From Lytechinus pictus (lineage: Eukaryota): 60,000 nucleotides of DNA. The notes under the pieces were generated by a model. It was given only the letters and a program-made list of their open reading frames with translations, was not told the origin of the DNA and did no database searches. Of the stretch, positions 49,001 to 59,272 are shown piece by piece (positions within the stretch are counted from its first letter, which is position 1; every line of letters starts with the position of its first letter). Location: assembly GCF_037042905.1 (NCBI RefSeq), contig NC_087250.1, positions 6,512,001 through 6,572,000 on the forward strand. Reading direction: 5' to 3'. Both the position numbers and the translations under genes were made by a program.

Positions 49001-52000
49001 GTCATTTGCAACTTCAAAAATATACCATTATCATTGGCAGTCAAGCATCAAATGCAGTTGTGCTATACATTGCATACTAGGAAATCATTGGAAGATTCAA
49101 TGTTAGAAGTTGGACCAGGGGAAGCTACAGTACTCGCTTCATTGGATGATGCAGAAATCATCTCAAATCTGTTAGACAACTATCCATTGTTTGATGATGT
49201 TTTCATTGCGAAGTGGATTAAATTCTGTGGCACCATCTACAGAAAAGGTATGATTTTGGTTGTAGGGAAGTGTCCAGATGAGGATCCTAATTTTGGGAAA
49301 ATACATGAGGTCCTTGTTCTGCCAGAATCAAAAGTTAAGTTCATCGTCCAGCCATGGTCAGTAGTAGGGTATTCTCGCCACTTGCATGCTTATGTTGTCC
49401 AGAAACCAAGCATACTTACTAGACTTGCTTCATGTGATGTAGAACAACTGGTAGATTTCCACCCACTTCATGCAACACAGGCTTATATGGAAGGAGACAA
49501 CTGGTACATCAGCCCAAGATACTCACTTTAATGTGGTAAGAAAATAAAAGGTGAAAATGCCTTTACCAAATATGCATCAGTACAGAATGATCTTTTTGTT
49601 CTGTGCTTCTTTAAAATTTATCTGTAAAGTTTATGACCTGTGTAATAAAATAACATTTTGCACACCTTTTAATATACAATTCCAGTTTTAATTTAAGAAA
49701 ACCGATTTTTTAATAAGTCAATTTAACAACAATGCTCAGTTGCTCACACGTTTAGAGGTTAATGTGACTGATACGATTGAGTTGGGAGTGCAAGCGACCT
49801 TTCATTTTTTCACAAGAACATTTTAAATCCCCACCGAATCTTCCTAGCGTGGGTCACACTTGAACGCATTTAACCACTTCAAAGCAAACCCAAGTATCTG
49901 AGTAAACAAAAGAACACTTGAACTTAGCTTTCCTGGTCCATGGGGATGTAATGTATGTGGTAGCTCATTATGTGTTTACTCTTCCAGAAAAGAATCGATT
50001 ATTCAAAATGCCTTCAGCTACATTCTCTGAATCGCACATGAATACAATTAACATGCTGGTACTTATATTTTGTTGTTTTCTTCTTTTATATTGTCTTAGG
50101 GAGAAAATGCTGATGCAGAACTATCTGAAAAGGAACTAGAACCAGGGGAAGTGTGTGAATCTGTGGCAGAAAAGTCAACAAATAGATGGATAAGAAAGGA
50201 AGCTGTGAAGGTACCTGATAAGACAATAATGTCTGTGAGTATATAACCCTATAAGCCCATTCACATTAGAACCAAGCAACCCTTTGGCCTTTGAACCCTC
50301 AACCCTTGAGCGAAGATCTAAAAGAACAGTATGCCAAATTTGGATTTATGTTGTTCAAACTTGGACATGACTTGCTTAAGACTTTGACCTTTATGAAAAC
50401 ACAACTGTTTGCTATTTTCATGTACTTTTTTAACAAATTAGCATAATTTAAAGTAAAACAATAGAAATCGTGTTTTATTTTTTTCCTGAAGGCCTTGAAC
50501 TGTAGTTAGCACAACATACTTGTACATGTACTGTACTTCCGGTGACCTGACCTAGAATGTCATCCGGGTACTTGTTCTTGTTTGGTGCTCAAAAGTTATT
50601 GTTATATGTCATGTTTGTAGCGGAAGGAGTTCTAGTCAAGGATAAGGCATTAAATTGTTTTCAAACTACATTGGACAGTGTTTGTTGTAGTTAACATAGG
50701 TTTTACTTAAACATGCTATGCACACAAATCACAAGAAATGAAGTAAATGAAAAGCCTCACAAATCTGTCGAGCCACTTTTTTTAATTTAGATACTTCAGA
50801 AGTGCCAAAAAAGCACAATGTTTGGGTTTCTCTCGGATCCGAGAGAAAATATTACACTATAGTCTATGGGGAAATGTAATGCACGTAATGATGCATAACT
50901 TGGCAATGCAAAGTTCAAATTGACTGAAATTTTGGAAATAGGGTTTTCTTGGGTGTATCTACTGATACATGTCATTAAAAGTGGGGGTCAAAATCAGGGA
51001 ATGTCCCTTTAATTTGATACATTTTGATACACTGCTACTGCTAATAGGTAGGCCTATATTTTTACATAGTATTGATATTATCAAAACTGTATCAAATTTC
51101 GGCAAGGGAGATAAACAAAGTGAGCAACTTCATGTTTAAGTAATTTTCAAATTTGTCTAGTTTGGCCTTGATTGACCATATTACGGTGTTGCATATATAG
51201 TCATGAATTGCTTCTATAATTCCAGAGTGATGTAGCAATGCTTTCATCTGATAGTGACTCAGCCGAGGAAGAAATTAGTGCAGGACCAGCAAAGAAACAA
51301 AAAACAGAAATGAGTGGACCAGCAAAGAAACCAAAAACAGAAACGAGTGGACCAGCTAAGAAACCAAAAACAGAAATGAGTGGACCAGCAAAGAAGCCAA
51401 TTGTGAAGATGTCCAAGACACCATATGAATTTGTGAGTTTACTAAATTAATATATACCACTTACCAGGTTTAGTGAGGACTGCCTTTCAATAAAAAAAAA
51501 TACTAATCAATAATAAAAACCCAATATTTTGAGCAAAATAGGAGTCATGCTGAATAATAGGCCTACAAAATCAGATTGATGTAAACATTTTGTATTTCGT
51601 TATTCATTGCACTATACATAATTACATGTACATATCAACTCGTTAACAAAAACTTTTGATAACAAAAAGTATTTTTGTCAAATCTCAAGAAAATGCCTCA
51701 CATGGTATAAATTTAAACAGTTCTGACAAGAAGTAAATTCTAATTCCCATGTACTTTAACGAGTAACAAATAATTTTTTTCTGGCCTAACTGAAAAAAAA
51801 TACTGGTATAATAAAAATAACCGTTCAAATATTTGTTTTTTTCTTTACCAAATTCTAGGACATAAGTGCTATTCTGGAAAAGGCTGCTGGTGGCCAGTCC
51901 ATTCTCGGTGAACTTGAAGAAGGTGGACCACAGAGTGCCTCTAACAGACGAAGAATGGTGAGAATAGTTGTATCCCACCTCATGGAGAAATATGGAAACA

Positions 52001-55000
52001 AGTAAGAAAATACTCAAAAATTTACAAACAACTAACAAAATCAATAGACCAGGGTTGGAGCTTAGACCAGTCAAAAGCTATTTTTCACAAAAGTGGTGAA
52101 ATGCAGGTTTCTGGGGATATATGAGGGATGGATATAAGTTCTCAACCTTCAGGTAGAAGGAGAAAAGATAAATTGATGATTTTCATATCCCTGATATGAT
52201 TCAACAACTCTTAAAATTGGGGGGGGGGAAGTTTCATTATAAAAATTAACTGAAATATTTGCTTTGTTACAAAACTTTGACTGTTTCAAGTTTCTGAAGA
52301 TAACTTTTCAATAGAAAATGAAAAGACAGTTACAATCAATATTCATCTCCAAACTTGTTCAGATGCATGAGGGTCATGGTGCAGTGACATCACTGGAAGA
52401 TGATTGCCCTTGCTGTGCTGCTAAAAAGTATGCAGCATAGTTTAAAGGCAGCAGGGAGCATCTGGAAGATGAATGAGTGCAAAATCTATTTACTAATAAA
52501 AGACAAATTTGTTCTTATATTATCTTATAGGTATCTGTAGTAGATCATTATTTTTTTCCTTTCTTCTTGGATCTTTATAATAATAGACCATCTGCTGAAC
52601 AGAAGGTGGGCATGGCAATATCCATGATTCAACAATTTCCAGCACTGAAAGATGTTGAAGGACCTGGTTATGTAAGTATAAGTTTAATCATGTTAAAAGA
52701 ACATCATTTGAAGCAGAAAATTGTGTTGTTATCAACAAGTTGTTTTTGTCCCATTGTACCATATGGCTTTCCCCATGAACAATAACTTTGAACAGAAGAG
52801 AAAATACCGGACTCATCTAACGCTTATTGGTGGCATTTCGGTTTCTCTCGTGCCATATTCTTTCTGTTGTTCAATAACAACAATATGCGTTGTCAACTAT
52901 TTTGCACCATCATAAGTGTTTAAATACTGAATTGAACAAAACTTTTACACTTAAATGTTACACTTTTTTAGGTTGTACTGTAAAGTAGGTGCTGTACAGT
53001 GCGTCCCAAAAAAAACTATACACTTTTGAAATAGCTGCCAAATAAAAAATGTAGCTCTTTGGGGTAAAAGACTTACATAAATGGAAAGCCAATAAAGTCA
53101 ACTTTAAAATGACACCAAAAATTGGAAAACTATTCATGCTTGAGCGAGCACTGCCCACTGAAACAAAGGGTATGAAAATTAGGGTGGGCTGGAATTAGCC
53201 TTCCAATTTATGTAAGTTTTTGAGAGGCAAATCCTTTCGAACTTGCAAAGTTAAGGGCGATGTGATAAATTAATGATCAACCATGACCAGTTTTGGTTGC
53301 TTAAGCAAATTTTATAAATTATTAAATTGAACTTTAATGCATGAGTGAACACAAATTACACTTTTTGGGCAGAATTCCAACTTTATCATGTGGATCTCAG
53401 CAATGTGTTCATGGGAGTCTGGAGAATAGGGGGTGAGATAGGACTTAAGTGAGAGAAGTAGGTTGATGGAATAAGGGTCAACAGAACATTCAGCCCCCGC
53501 CCCTCCCTCTTTCCCGCCCTCCCCTCCTGTTGAGAGATTGATGGCTATTGTCATGTACGCGTGAAGTCCAGAGCAGAATGTTGATTTAATGATTAATTCT
53601 GGATTGGGACATCAACTTTTTCCTATCAATCATTTAATCAACAATTTATCAGTAAATCAACTTATTCAATGTGCAAAGTGATCAATCAAACATTCAGTTT
53701 TTTTTCAATAAATTATTTCATTAATCATCATAATCATTAAATTTCTTGGTAATCATTGAAAAATAAAACTGACCATCAGCCACCGGTCACTTGGCAGTTA
53801 GGTTTTGAATAGGCTACAATGCAGGAAGTGAGACAGAGAGAGGGGGGGCTGGGAAATGGAGGTGATCAGAGGGGAGGGTACATATGACTTTTAATTTGTA
53901 AAAGAAAAAAAAAAGAAGAGGAATGCCCTTTTAACCAAGTCTTAGCATATCTCGCCCTCTTGCTTGTAACGGGTACCATCACATTACTCTGACTCTCACG
54001 AACACACTTCTGAGGTTCACAAGATGAATATGCTACAATAAAATTACAATTCCTGTTCACTCATGCATTAAATTTCAATTTAGTAACTCATGAAATTTGC
54101 CTAAGAAACCAAAACTTATCTCACTCATTAATTTAGCTTAACAAGTTCCAAAGGACTAACCACTCAAAAAAACTGTAAGGCTAATTCCTGCCCAGTCTAG
54201 CTGAGCTTAGTCTCTCAGGAGGAGAGAAGCGGGGGGGGGGGGGTTGAGATTGAGAGAGGGGTTGCTAAATGTTCTGTTGACCTTTATCCCATCAACGTAC
54301 GTCACCTACCTAAGTCATATTACCCCCCTCTTCTCCTGACTGTCGTGAACACATTATTGAGATCCACATGATAAGACATAATGCTGCACCCAATTCATGA
54401 TCACTCATGCATTAAATTTCAATTTAATAACGCATTAAATTTTCACAAACAACAAACTGATCACAACTGATCTTTAATTCACCAAATAACCATCAACTTT
54501 GCAAGTACCAAACAAAGAAACCTGAAAGAAATTGGAAGGCTAATTCCAGCCCACCCTAATTTTCATACCCTTTGTTTCAGTGGGCAATGCTCGCTCAAGC
54601 ATGAATAGTTTTCCAACTTGTTGGTGTCATTTGAAAGTTGAATTTATAGGCTTTCCATATCTATAAGTCTTTTCCCCCAAAGTGGTACATTTTTTATTTG
54701 GCAGCCATTTCAAAAGTGTATAGTTTTTTTTGGGACGCACTGTATATTCACTCATTGCTGTTACATGTATTTCTTTGTATAAATTTCGCACATAGGAAGC
54801 ATGGTATACACCAGCAGTAGAGGGTGCACATGCAAAGGGCTTCATCGAAGAAAGGTTGAAAAATGTGAGAAAGAGAATGCCAAAGCAAGGGTGGACATCT
54901 TTGGAACCTTCAAGTTCAAGTGAGGAGAACCAGAAAGAACCATCAACCAAGGAAAAAATTGAAGAACTAAAATCTAAAGGTATGTTAATGTGCCTAGTTT

Positions 55001-58000
55001 AAGTTTTGTTGCATGCTTTGTGAACATTGAATGTTTAATTATTACTGGCTCATCTTCAAGTTCAAGTTGGGTTTGGTAGGCTTACTTGATTACAATCTTC
55101 AGAATTATCAGATGATTTATAATGTTCCACATTCCACAGGGACCAGTCTTTGGTCTACCAATTTTCACCTCATGATGCTCAGCAGATTGCTTGTGATCAA
55201 GTTAGCTCAATCGGTAGGGCATTGTACTCCAGATCTTAAGGTTGTGTGTTCAAGTCCCAGCGCAGCCATGATTTGTATGTTTGATTGAAATTCCCTTGGC
55301 CACGGAACTAATTGCTTATTGTCTCAGCTACCGGTATAATATTCGGGGACTCCGAGAGCTGGTCCCAGTTGCAATATTGTTCTTCTAGATGTAGGCTGAA
55401 TAGGGTTCTGTGCCCAATAGCAGCTGCATCCCTGGATGATGCTAAATGGAGTGTCTTTTGGGTGAAAGTGATCAATGCCATTTCTCTCAAAGTGTGTTGA
55501 GGCTGTGAGTTTACGCTTTAAATTTGTAGAGCGCACTTTAAAATCATCTGCATGTTTTTTTTTTTGTTTTTTTTTTTGTTGCTTGTAACACTTAATCAAC
55601 TTGCATCAAAGGCATGTTCCAACCTCTTACAAGAAACCTATAACTAGTTTAGATAAATTTTTACAGGAAGCTTAGTCTGATTCCTGCAGTGCATCTGGTC
55701 AGGAACTTACATCCCAGGGGGGGGGGGGGTCTGTCCTCATTGAAAGGGGGGGTATCATGCATGACCAAGGACTTGCCAAAAGCATCCTAAACAAGTATTT
55801 ACAAATGCAAAAATATACACCCTAAATAAGTATGATTATCGGTAATTTGCTACCCTAAGTAAGTAATCCCCAAAGCAAGTAATAACTATTTTCAAACCAA
55901 GCAAATAGTGATATATGTTTTGCTTTCCGTGCATGAGGTCGGGCTAATTCAAGTGTTTGCGGGCATGTGCAAAGTGTTTTTGGCTGGGATTTGGGAATAT
56001 TCCATCATTGTGATAAACTGTAGTGTTAAATGAACATGCAATTAGCCCTAAGTACACAGGTAAGGTGAATTTTTTTTAAAGACACTGAATACGTAACTCA
56101 TCGGTTTAAAAAAAGTGACCCTTTTTCTTGATTTTTTTGTGATTTTGAGACCCTATTTAAGTTACGCACGTAACGTGCATGATTGTAAAAAACACCCTTT
56201 TTACGTGAATTCTTGGTCAAGCATGATACCCCCCCCCTTTCAATGAGGACAGACCCCCCCCCCCCCCCCGGGACTTACATCAGTGCACTAGATCTTAGGA
56301 TTGATTGCCGTCAAATTTTAGAGCCTTAAACAGGTGTCACCGGCATGGTGGCCTAGTGGTTAGAGTGTCCGCCTCATGATCGGGGGGTTGTGGGTTTGAA
56401 CCCCAGCCGGGCCATACCAAAGGCTTTAAAAATGGTACCTACTGCTTTCTTGTCAGGCACTCGACATTAGAAGAATGGAGTAGGGAAGTTAAACACATGG
56501 CTACCAGTGGACTAACCCCCTGCTGTAGTTTCTCTACTTTCCAGTAGACATGTGGCCTAGGTTTATTGAAATGGAGATAGGCGCCGCTCTATGGGCCGAA
56601 AGGCTTGAGAAGGACTTTAACTTTTTGTAAAAGGTAGTTTAGGGTTTGCTGTAGGTAGCCTACTATTGATTTTGTTTTTTATCACCTTGTCTTTTTCAGA
56701 AAAAGATATGGAGCCGGAGAACTTGGAAGAAATGAAGCAATGGCTTCAACATAATAATAGCCCTATCCCTAAAGTGGTGGAATTCATGAAGAAGACTGCA
56801 CTGAAAAGACAAGAAGAAATTCACTCAGAGAAGAAATCTACCGTGCATGACATCGAGTTGCAATGGCCTCGACTCTTTGATGTCCCTAACATGGTATGGG
56901 TAACTTTTGTTTTCTTGGTTTATGTCAAAAGTACAGTAAAGCATTAATTCTTGAGGTGTGCTTCTCAAAAACCCAAATAAAATTCCTCATTGATCTTTTT
57001 TGCCTGCCAGGACCAGTAACAAAAGTCTACCAAATTCTGCCTGTTTTTATTTGGTACTACTGATAATAATATACTTCCCTACATGTATCTTTTGCCAGGT
57101 GTCATTATCATAATCAAGGCCTAGCTCCTTGGTTGCTGGATATTCATTTTGCAATTAGACATTACACATGTGCCCACCCCAAAATTACCATACTGAATCA
57201 AGGTTTTACAATCCTTCTTTATGCATTTTAATTTGCATCACAGATAGATGGTGATTTCAGAGCAGTTCATGGGGATGTGTCTGACAGATTAATCATGAAA
57301 TGGACTCAAGAACTGGCAAAAAAACTACTGCAGTATGGAGAAAAGCAAAGTCCACAAGTGCAAGCCGGTACATATTTTCCCCGGGGGAGGGGCACTCAAT
57401 ATGAAAGTGACGTACGAGTAAGATCACACATCTCGAACATAGGGGTCTTTCGGTGATGCGTTCAAATGAAAAATAGGGGGTCTTTGGGTGACAAATGAAA
57501 AATAGGGGGTCTTTGGGTGACAAGTAAAAAAATAGGGTGTCTTTCAGTGACAGTCTAAAATCTGGGTTTTTCGGTGACACACCAAGCTAAAAAATTGGCT
57601 CTTTTTTAGTGTGATTAAATGGCATTTTTCTGAAAATCAAAAATTTGGGCAATTTTTGGGTCAGAGAGTGCAAAATTCATGGGTCTTTGGGTGACAGAAA
57701 AAAATTGGGTCATCAAATGGAAAAAACGGGGGTCTTTGGGTGACAGCAGTCCAAAAAAGGGGGTCTTTTTGATCGCACATGGTGCGAACTTCAATATTGA
57801 GTGCCCCCACCACCACCACCCCCACCCGGGGTATTTTCTGTAATATTTTGCTTTTCAATAATTTTGTATACTGTTGTAAAAAAGATGCGATTCAGTGTTA
57901 AAATATTTACCATGGAATTGCTCTATTTTAATTGAAGTTTGTTTTCCTTTCAGATATAGATGATCAAAGTGCACAGGATGCAGGTCTGACAGCACTGCCC

Positions 58001-59272
58001 TTGATACTGCCTACAGGAAAACTGTCAAACGCAAAGAAATCCAGGGCTACGGTGAAAGAAGCAATGGAGTCCTTCATTGATTTTCAGCCGGTAAGTATGG
58101 AGTAAATTTTAGTGCCTATACTAAATGAAATGTTTGGGTATAGAGGTGGGATGCAGATGGGATATATCCAATTGGAGGATGTTTTTGTATATCTTCTTGC
58201 ACATAAAATGAAAGAAATGCCTCAAGTACTCCATTTGGTTGAAAGTGATATGTAAAGAATGGGACACGTTCATCAAGACAACAACAGTTTGGCTGATGTG
58301 ATGCTCACACAGTTTGTATTGCATAGATCTGTCTTACTTAATTGTTATCATCGGAGATGCCAGACTTCAGGAAATTTTTTTCAGCATCTCCAGTACAAAA
58401 CAAGATTAAAAATTCATATTTTCAAGAAATTTTATTAGCGTTTCAGGAAAATGTGACCAAAGTCACTGGCATCTCTGTATCATTTTGATTATGGTTCGAT
58501 TAACTGCAGAATTTGCATGCTTGTCGCACTACATTTGTAGCACATCCCACATGCAGCCCAAACTTTCCATGTTTGCTAATTGAAGTTCAGCTGACAGGTC
58601 CCTAATAGAACTCGACTCTCACTCTACACCTAGATCTGTGATAGATCTTTAGAACTGTGATATAAAGAAAGGTTAAGTTTATATGACAACTTCTATCATG
58701 ATCATGGTCAAGTTACAGTAGTTACCCTCACTATATAGATTTGACAGACTGACCCATGATGTCAAACGCCAGGCAGTATAGTCAAATATTGTTCCTCGAC
58801 CAGCAAAGTGTGTGCACACAATGTACATCAGGACCATGCTAAAGCTATATCTATCTACAACCCACTTACCAGTAAGAATTAAGTACGCAGACAGAAAATA
58901 TCTAGATTTATTTTTTAAATGTAAATTAATCAGTAGATTAATTTTCTCTTTTTACAGATAGGGACAAACCTCCCTCAATACTTGGATGGACTCATGTCAA
59001 AGAGGCGGCAACCATTTGTCCTGGCCCTTGGCCCACAGAAAGCGCCAGCACAATATTTTGCTGTGGTTGAGGGCCGTGCCCTTAAGCAAGACAGCCTTCT
59101 GAAGGCTGTTGATGTGTGTTTCAAGTTGTTTTATGTACTTGACCTGGAGTATCCATCTGCGTGCTATACTACATGGGAGTTTATTCAAAAAGTTCTGTAC
59201 CAGGTAAATGCCAAAGACAGGAACACCTCCTCCTGTGTGAGGTCACTAAGGACATATGTCCTTCATACTTAA
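39991..59272 (+). CDS. 11-exon gene, ~570 aa: N-terminal SAM domain, acidic/basic linker with NLS-like repeats, SAMD3-like C-terminal region; probable transposon accessory protein
   Basis: Hand-assembled exons, all GT-AG and phase-compatible: 39991-40048, 46859-46989, 50100-50234, 51226-51432, 51859-52001, 52587-52671, 54796-54979, 56700-56893, 57244-57367, 57954-58090, 58958-59272 (1713 nt, no internal stop). Motifs: LNKWGLGGLVAVFEENGIDDHAFKHL..LIPKLGERIKF; QQFPALKD; GFIEERLKNVRK; QWPRLFD; AVDVCFKLFYVLDLEYP..TWEFIQK. Confidence 0.8.
40200..43144. mobile_element. ~2.9-kb non-autonomous TIR element (possibly PIF/Harbinger) in intron 1
   Basis: GAGCTCCCGCCC..CACGTACGTGCA..CTTAATG..CGCCATCTTGC mirrored by GCAATATGGCG..CATTAAG..TGCACGTACGTGGGCGGGAGCCC; AGA on both flanks. 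Confidence 0.6.
43738..44352. mobile_element. Tc1/mariner-pogo-like MITE with TA TSD
   Basis: TA|CCGTATGGGTACTAGTATTCAACCCG ... CGGGTTGAATACTAGTA..CCCTTACGG|TA; GTACTAGTATTCAACC motif repeated internally in both orientations. Confidence 0.8.
45595..46100 (+). repeat. Local tandem duplication, ~220-bp unit, two copies plus a partial third
   Basis: TAAATCGTAAG.ACAGCTTACATCGCAAAATTGGA at ~45596 and ~45815; GAAAATGAATAGAGTTTTG..GACAAATATTGGATTT three times. Confidence 0.85.
46098..46296 (+). repeat. 199-bp segment duplicated at 56966-57164
   Basis: CAAAAACCCAAATAAAATTCC...GCAATTAGACATTA; one substitution seen (TTAACATA vs TTATCATA). Confidence 0.95.
46859..46989 (+). CDS. SAM-gene exon 2 (ENGIDDHAFKHLEEDKDAIKLLIPKLGERIKFLLHYRPYIKQLQ)
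   Basis: Polypyrimidine tract and TTTCAG acceptor; CAG|GTACAT donor; SAM-like motif. Confidence 0.8.
47036..49531 (+). CDS. CACTA/EnSpm(CMC)-like DDE transposase with two N-terminal C2H2 zinc fingers, 831 aa, intronless and intact
   Basis: CYKC..HLRVVH and CYQDGC..HFKSEH fingers; LIYGDDVEVCNPLG (first D); VGDNLG..PCRHC (second D plus CxxC); PDIMHDVLEG; KHHFMLHY; WAMRFEAKH (E); AATAAA at ~49543. Confidence 0.9.
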   Translation: MGFVCYKCQNTIYFGFRYYLKHLRVVHDIIQGNQFRCPVPCYQDGCMRTFQYTWSLKRHFKSEHAQLEHVDDDQQNEEAFQEQDPQAQQLDLDLNQDIADEEDEENEPETDIFIKSAQFLCKLKSTRHVTGTTVSLVQQSTTDLISDIVGCIGEKVKTLVANLGVDEENPEWQELSNCLNNLEQPFSEVNTDYKLKKYLRKLQGFVEPKSINFMNGNQLAVEYVQRTDRKTGEVQQTEINKDFQYVPLKLLLRQILMSKGLMEAIIEHQQNVKDDILQDFQDGELCKSHLNIYGHKVLLLIYGDDVEVCNPLGSRKHKIGLMYFTIKSLPRKYTSALEHIYLLAVYNNNDAKAYGMDQILRPIINDLKSLESDGIDIETDVFSGNIRFGVAQVVGDNLGVHGLLGFVESFSANFPCRHCKISRDEIQTQYIASSVLRNEHNYMEDVAINDVSATGIRRNSIFNELQTFHVTRNYAPDIMHDVLEGVCMWELKIVIRELIRSGKFTLELLNGRITSYDYGFTDKCNKPTCFTEKDLRSPNAAGQTAAQMWCIMRHFCLMMGDCVEEDNQYWEVILLLIECMDIIFSPVNTVGETRYLTQLIRDHHQMYVEVFEAHLKPKHHFMLHYAKAIREIGPLGQYWAMRFEAKHNDSKQMGHVICNFKNIPLSLAVKHQMQLCYTLHTRKSLEDSMLEVGPGEATVLASLDDAEIISNLLDNYPLFDDVFIAKWIKFCGTIYRKGMILVVGKCPDEDPNFGKIHEVLVLPESKVKFIVQPWSVVGYSRHLHAYVVQKPSILTRLASCDVEQLVDFHPLHATQAYMEGDNWYISPRYSL
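50100..50234 (+). CDS. SAM-gene exon 3 (GENADAEL..PDKTIMS)
   Basis: TCTTAG acceptor, TCT|GTGAGT donor, open phase 0-0. Confidence 0.7.
51226..51432 (+). CDS. SAM-gene exon 4 with ~4 x 33-bp repeats encoding SGPAKKPKTEM
   Basis: TTCCAG acceptor, TTT|GTGAGT donor. Confidence 0.8.
51859..52001 (+). CDS. SAM-gene exon 5 (DISAILEKAAGG..RRRMVRIVVSHLMEKYGN)
   Basis: TTCTAG acceptor, AA|GTAAGA donor. Confidence 0.8.
52587..52671 (+). CDS. SAM-gene exon 6 (PSAEQKVGMAISMIQQFPALKDVEGPGY)
   Basis: TAATAG acceptor, TAT|GTAAGT donor. Confidence 0.8.
52997..54742. mobile_element. Non-autonomous Tc1/mariner element with very long TIRs and TA TSD, in intron 6
   Basis: TA|CAGTGCGTCCCAAAAAAAACTATACACTTTTGAAAT ... 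ATTTCAAAAGTGTATAGTTTTTTTTGGGACGCACTG|TA; close inverted match for ~215 bp, looser to ~500 bp. Confidence 0.92.
54796..54979 (+). CDS. SAM-gene exon 7 (EAWYTP..GFIEERLKNVRKR..ELKSK)
   Basis: ACATAG acceptor, AAG|GTATGT donor. Confidence 0.8.
55196..55268 (+). pseudogene. tRNA-Trp(CCA)-like pseudogene or SINE head
   Basis: TAGCTCAATCGGTAG (A box), ACTCCAGATC anticodon arm, AAGGTTGTGTGTTCAAGTC (B box); acceptor stem does not pair well. Confidence 0.55.
55713..56272. mobile_element. Non-autonomous TIR element with CCC(A/G)GG ends and perfect 8-bp TSD
   Basis: GGGGTCTGTCCTCATTGAAAGGGGGGGTATCATGC.TGACCAAG mirrored at the right end; ACTTACAT at 55705-55712 and 56273-56280. Confidence 0.9.
56338..56626 (+). 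mobile_element. tRNA-derived SINE
   Basis: A box TGGCCTAGTGG, B box GGTTTGAACCCC, core CCATACCAAAGGCTTTAAAAATGGTACCTACTGC, tail GGACTTTAACTTTT. Confidence 0.85.
56700..56893 (+). CDS. SAM-gene exon 8 (KDMEPENLEEMKQWL..QWPRLFDVPNM)
   Basis: TTTCAG acceptor, ATG|GTATGG donor. Confidence 0.8.
56966..57164 (+). repeat. Second copy of the 199-bp segment at 46098-46296
   Basis: Direct comparison. Confidence 0.95.
57244..57367 (+). CDS. SAM-gene exon 9 (IDGDFRAVHG..KWTQELAKKLL..VQA)
   Basis: TCACAG acceptor, CCG|GTACAT donor. Confidence 0.78.
57380..57830. mobile_element. Non-autonomous TIR element with CCCGGG ends, 8-bp TSD and internal GGGGTCTTTGGGTGACA repeats
   Basis: CCCGGG..GGGGCACTCAATAT / ATATTGAGTGCCCC..CCCGGG; ATATTTTC / GTATTTTC flanks. 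Confidence 0.85.
57954..58090 (+). CDS. SAM-gene exon 10 (IDDQSAQDAGLTALPLILPT..SFIDFQP)
   Basis: TTTCAG acceptor, CCG|GTAAGT donor. Confidence 0.8.
58352..58477. mobile_element. Possible tiny hAT-like MITE
   Basis: CGGAGATGCCAG / CTGGCATCTCTG ends; TATCAT on both flanks. Confidence 0.45.
58958..59272 (+). CDS. SAM-gene terminal exon 11 (SAMD3-like C-terminus)
   Basis: TTACAG acceptor; QPFVLALG..YFAVVEG..AVDVCFKLFYVLDLEYPSACYTTWEFIQK..TAA. Confidence 0.85.
   Translation: MGTNLPQYLDGLMSKRRQPFVLALGPQKAPAQYFAVVEGRALKQDSLLKAVDVCFKLFYVLDLEYPSACYTTWEFIQKVLYQVNAKDRNTSSCVRSLRTYVLHT

Noticed and set aside
50400..51012. Kolobok-like right ends (..CCCTTTAA at ~51012; ..GCCTTTAA at ~46603)
   Set aside because: Matching left ends could not be located, so boundaries are unsupported
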